A stretch of 64,000 nt of DNA from Candidatus Saccharimonadales bacterium (GTDB lineage Bacteria; Patescibacteriota; Saccharimonadia; Saccharimonadales; EFPC-124): contig DASTDY010000058.1 of NCBI GenBank assembly GCA_035710125.1, forward strand, positions 704 to 64,703. The letters are read 5' to 3'. Position 1 is the first letter of the stretch. The number at the start of each line of letters is the position of its first letter. Below are positions 63,274-64,000 of the stretch, piece after piece. A program made the translations under genes and the position numbers. Below the pieces are notes generated by a model. That model was given only the letters and a program-made list of their open reading frames with translations. It was not told where the DNA came from and searched no databases.

Positions 63274-63359
63274 TACGCTCCTCGTTTAAGAGTCAGTGCC
63301 ATTATATCCTTAAATGGCTAGAATGTAAGTGACTATTTTTTGTGGCAAAATTATTTAAT

Positions 63360-63378
63360 ATTGCAACAAATTTGCAAT
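63360..63378. promoter_or_regulatory. palindrome upstream of the metal-binding-protein gene (possible metalloregulator box)
   Basis: ATTGCAA-caaat-TTGCAAT, 29 nt upstream of ATG 63407. Confidence 0.3.
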
Positions 63379-63406
63379 TTATAGCTAGCGAGCCTACACT
63401 TTGGTC

Positions 63407-64000
63407 ATGAAGACATATAAGTTACCCTTGTTAATTCTAATATTTGTGGCGGCCGTACTTAGCATTGTGTATTTTACTACTACTCACAAACAGAGTACTC
63501 AAAAGCTATCGGTAGCGGCCAGCTTTTACCCTTTATACGAGTTCGCCCAACGTGTTGGGGGTGAAAAAATAGAAGTTTCCAACTTAACTCCAGCGGGAGT
63601 TGAGCCTCATGAGTACGAACCCTCTCCGAAAACACTTGCTGACATTCAAAAATCACAACTACTCCTCTTCGTTGGAGGTACATTAGAACCTTGGGCCGAA
63701 AAATTTTTACCGCAATATGGCAATACTGCAGTAAGGGTGGACAGCAACATAGACACCATCCAGACAGATGAAGGTAAAGACCCGCACTTTTGGCTCGACC
63801 CTACATATGCTAAACAGATCGTCTCTACAATCCGCGATGCGCTTGCAAAGGCAGATCCGGCCAACAAAAGCTACTACGAGTACAACGCTGCTTTATATAT
63901 AAGCGAGCTTGATTCGCTCGCAGCCGACTTTGCAAACGGCCTTAAAACCTGCGACCAACGGTTTATAGTTACCTCACATGAAGCCTTTAGCTACGTGGCG
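63407..64000 (+). CDS. metal ABC-transporter substrate-binding protein (ZnuA/TroA-like), 3' end outside window
   Basis: My translation reads MKTYKLPLLILIFVAAVLSIVYF...LSVAASFYPLYEFAQRVGG...PAGVEPHEYEPSP...DPHFWLDP...TSHEAFSY, typical of cluster-9 metal-binding proteins. The frame is open to the window end. Confidence 0.75.
   Translation, partial: MKTYKLPLLILIFVAAVLSIVYFTTTHKQSTQKLSVAASFYPLYEFAQRVGGEKIEVSNLTPAGVEPHEYEPSPKTLADIQKSQLLLFVGGTLEPWAEKFLPQYGNTAVRVDSNIDTIQTDEGKDPHFWLDPTYAKQIVSTIRDALAKADPANKSYYEYNAALYISELDSLAADFANGLKTCDQRFIVTSHEAFSYVA

Noticed and set aside
1-64000. A search by eye for rRNA, tRNA, tmRNA, CRISPR repeats, transposase or IS ends, and DGR template/variable repeat pairs.
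   Set aside because: No intergenic region shows a tRNA-like GTTCGAATC arm or cloverleaf length, no regularly spaced repeats appear, and there is no reverse transcriptase or transposase ORF. Absence cannot be proven without running tRNAscan/Infernal.

Overview
This 64-kb window comes from a compact, gene-dense bacterial genome of moderate GC. I count about 60 protein genes, almost all on the minus strand between 3.5 and 54 kb. By eye I found no rRNA, tRNA, CRISPR array, transposase or integrase. The gene content includes a type IV pilus ATPase, dnaE, gatCAB, uvrB, pheST, a gap-rpiB-rpe-split transketolase-fba-pfkB sugar-phosphate operon, a sortase, many small membrane proteins and almost no biosynthesis. 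This fits a reduced Gram-positive-type Patescibacteria/CPR organism such as a Saccharibacteria-like epibiont, but that assignment is inference only. Six things stand out. (1) Four GC-rich islands, all on the plus strand, sit in inter-operon gaps at about 22.2, 24.8, 32.1-33.8 and 46.9 kb. They carry six orphan ORFs with high-GC3 codon usage, native-looking AT-rich promoters and strong SD sites; three end in GC-only hairpins and the fourth has a G+C-rich hairpin with a T-rich tail about 190 nt past its stop. (2) An orphan phage tail-fibre-like module (9227-12430) has two tandem paralogues and a tiny repeat protein but no other virion genes. It lies next to an InlB-B-repeat/Ig surface protein and a tandem-LuxR regulator. 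(3) A sortase operon opens with a 52-aa gene that is little more than a sorting signal (LPDTSG-TM-RQIAKK), followed by a processive GT2 synthase and a NodB deacetylase. (4) A membrane-anchored HEPN/DUF4145-like gene is translationally coupled inside gatCAB. (5) A 138-nt element is closed by a perfect 32-bp inverted repeat. (6) A recurrent TGCTAYAAT extended -10 box lies 6-7 nt from ATG codons, implying leaderless mRNAs. All functional calls rest on motifs read from the translations; no database search was possible.
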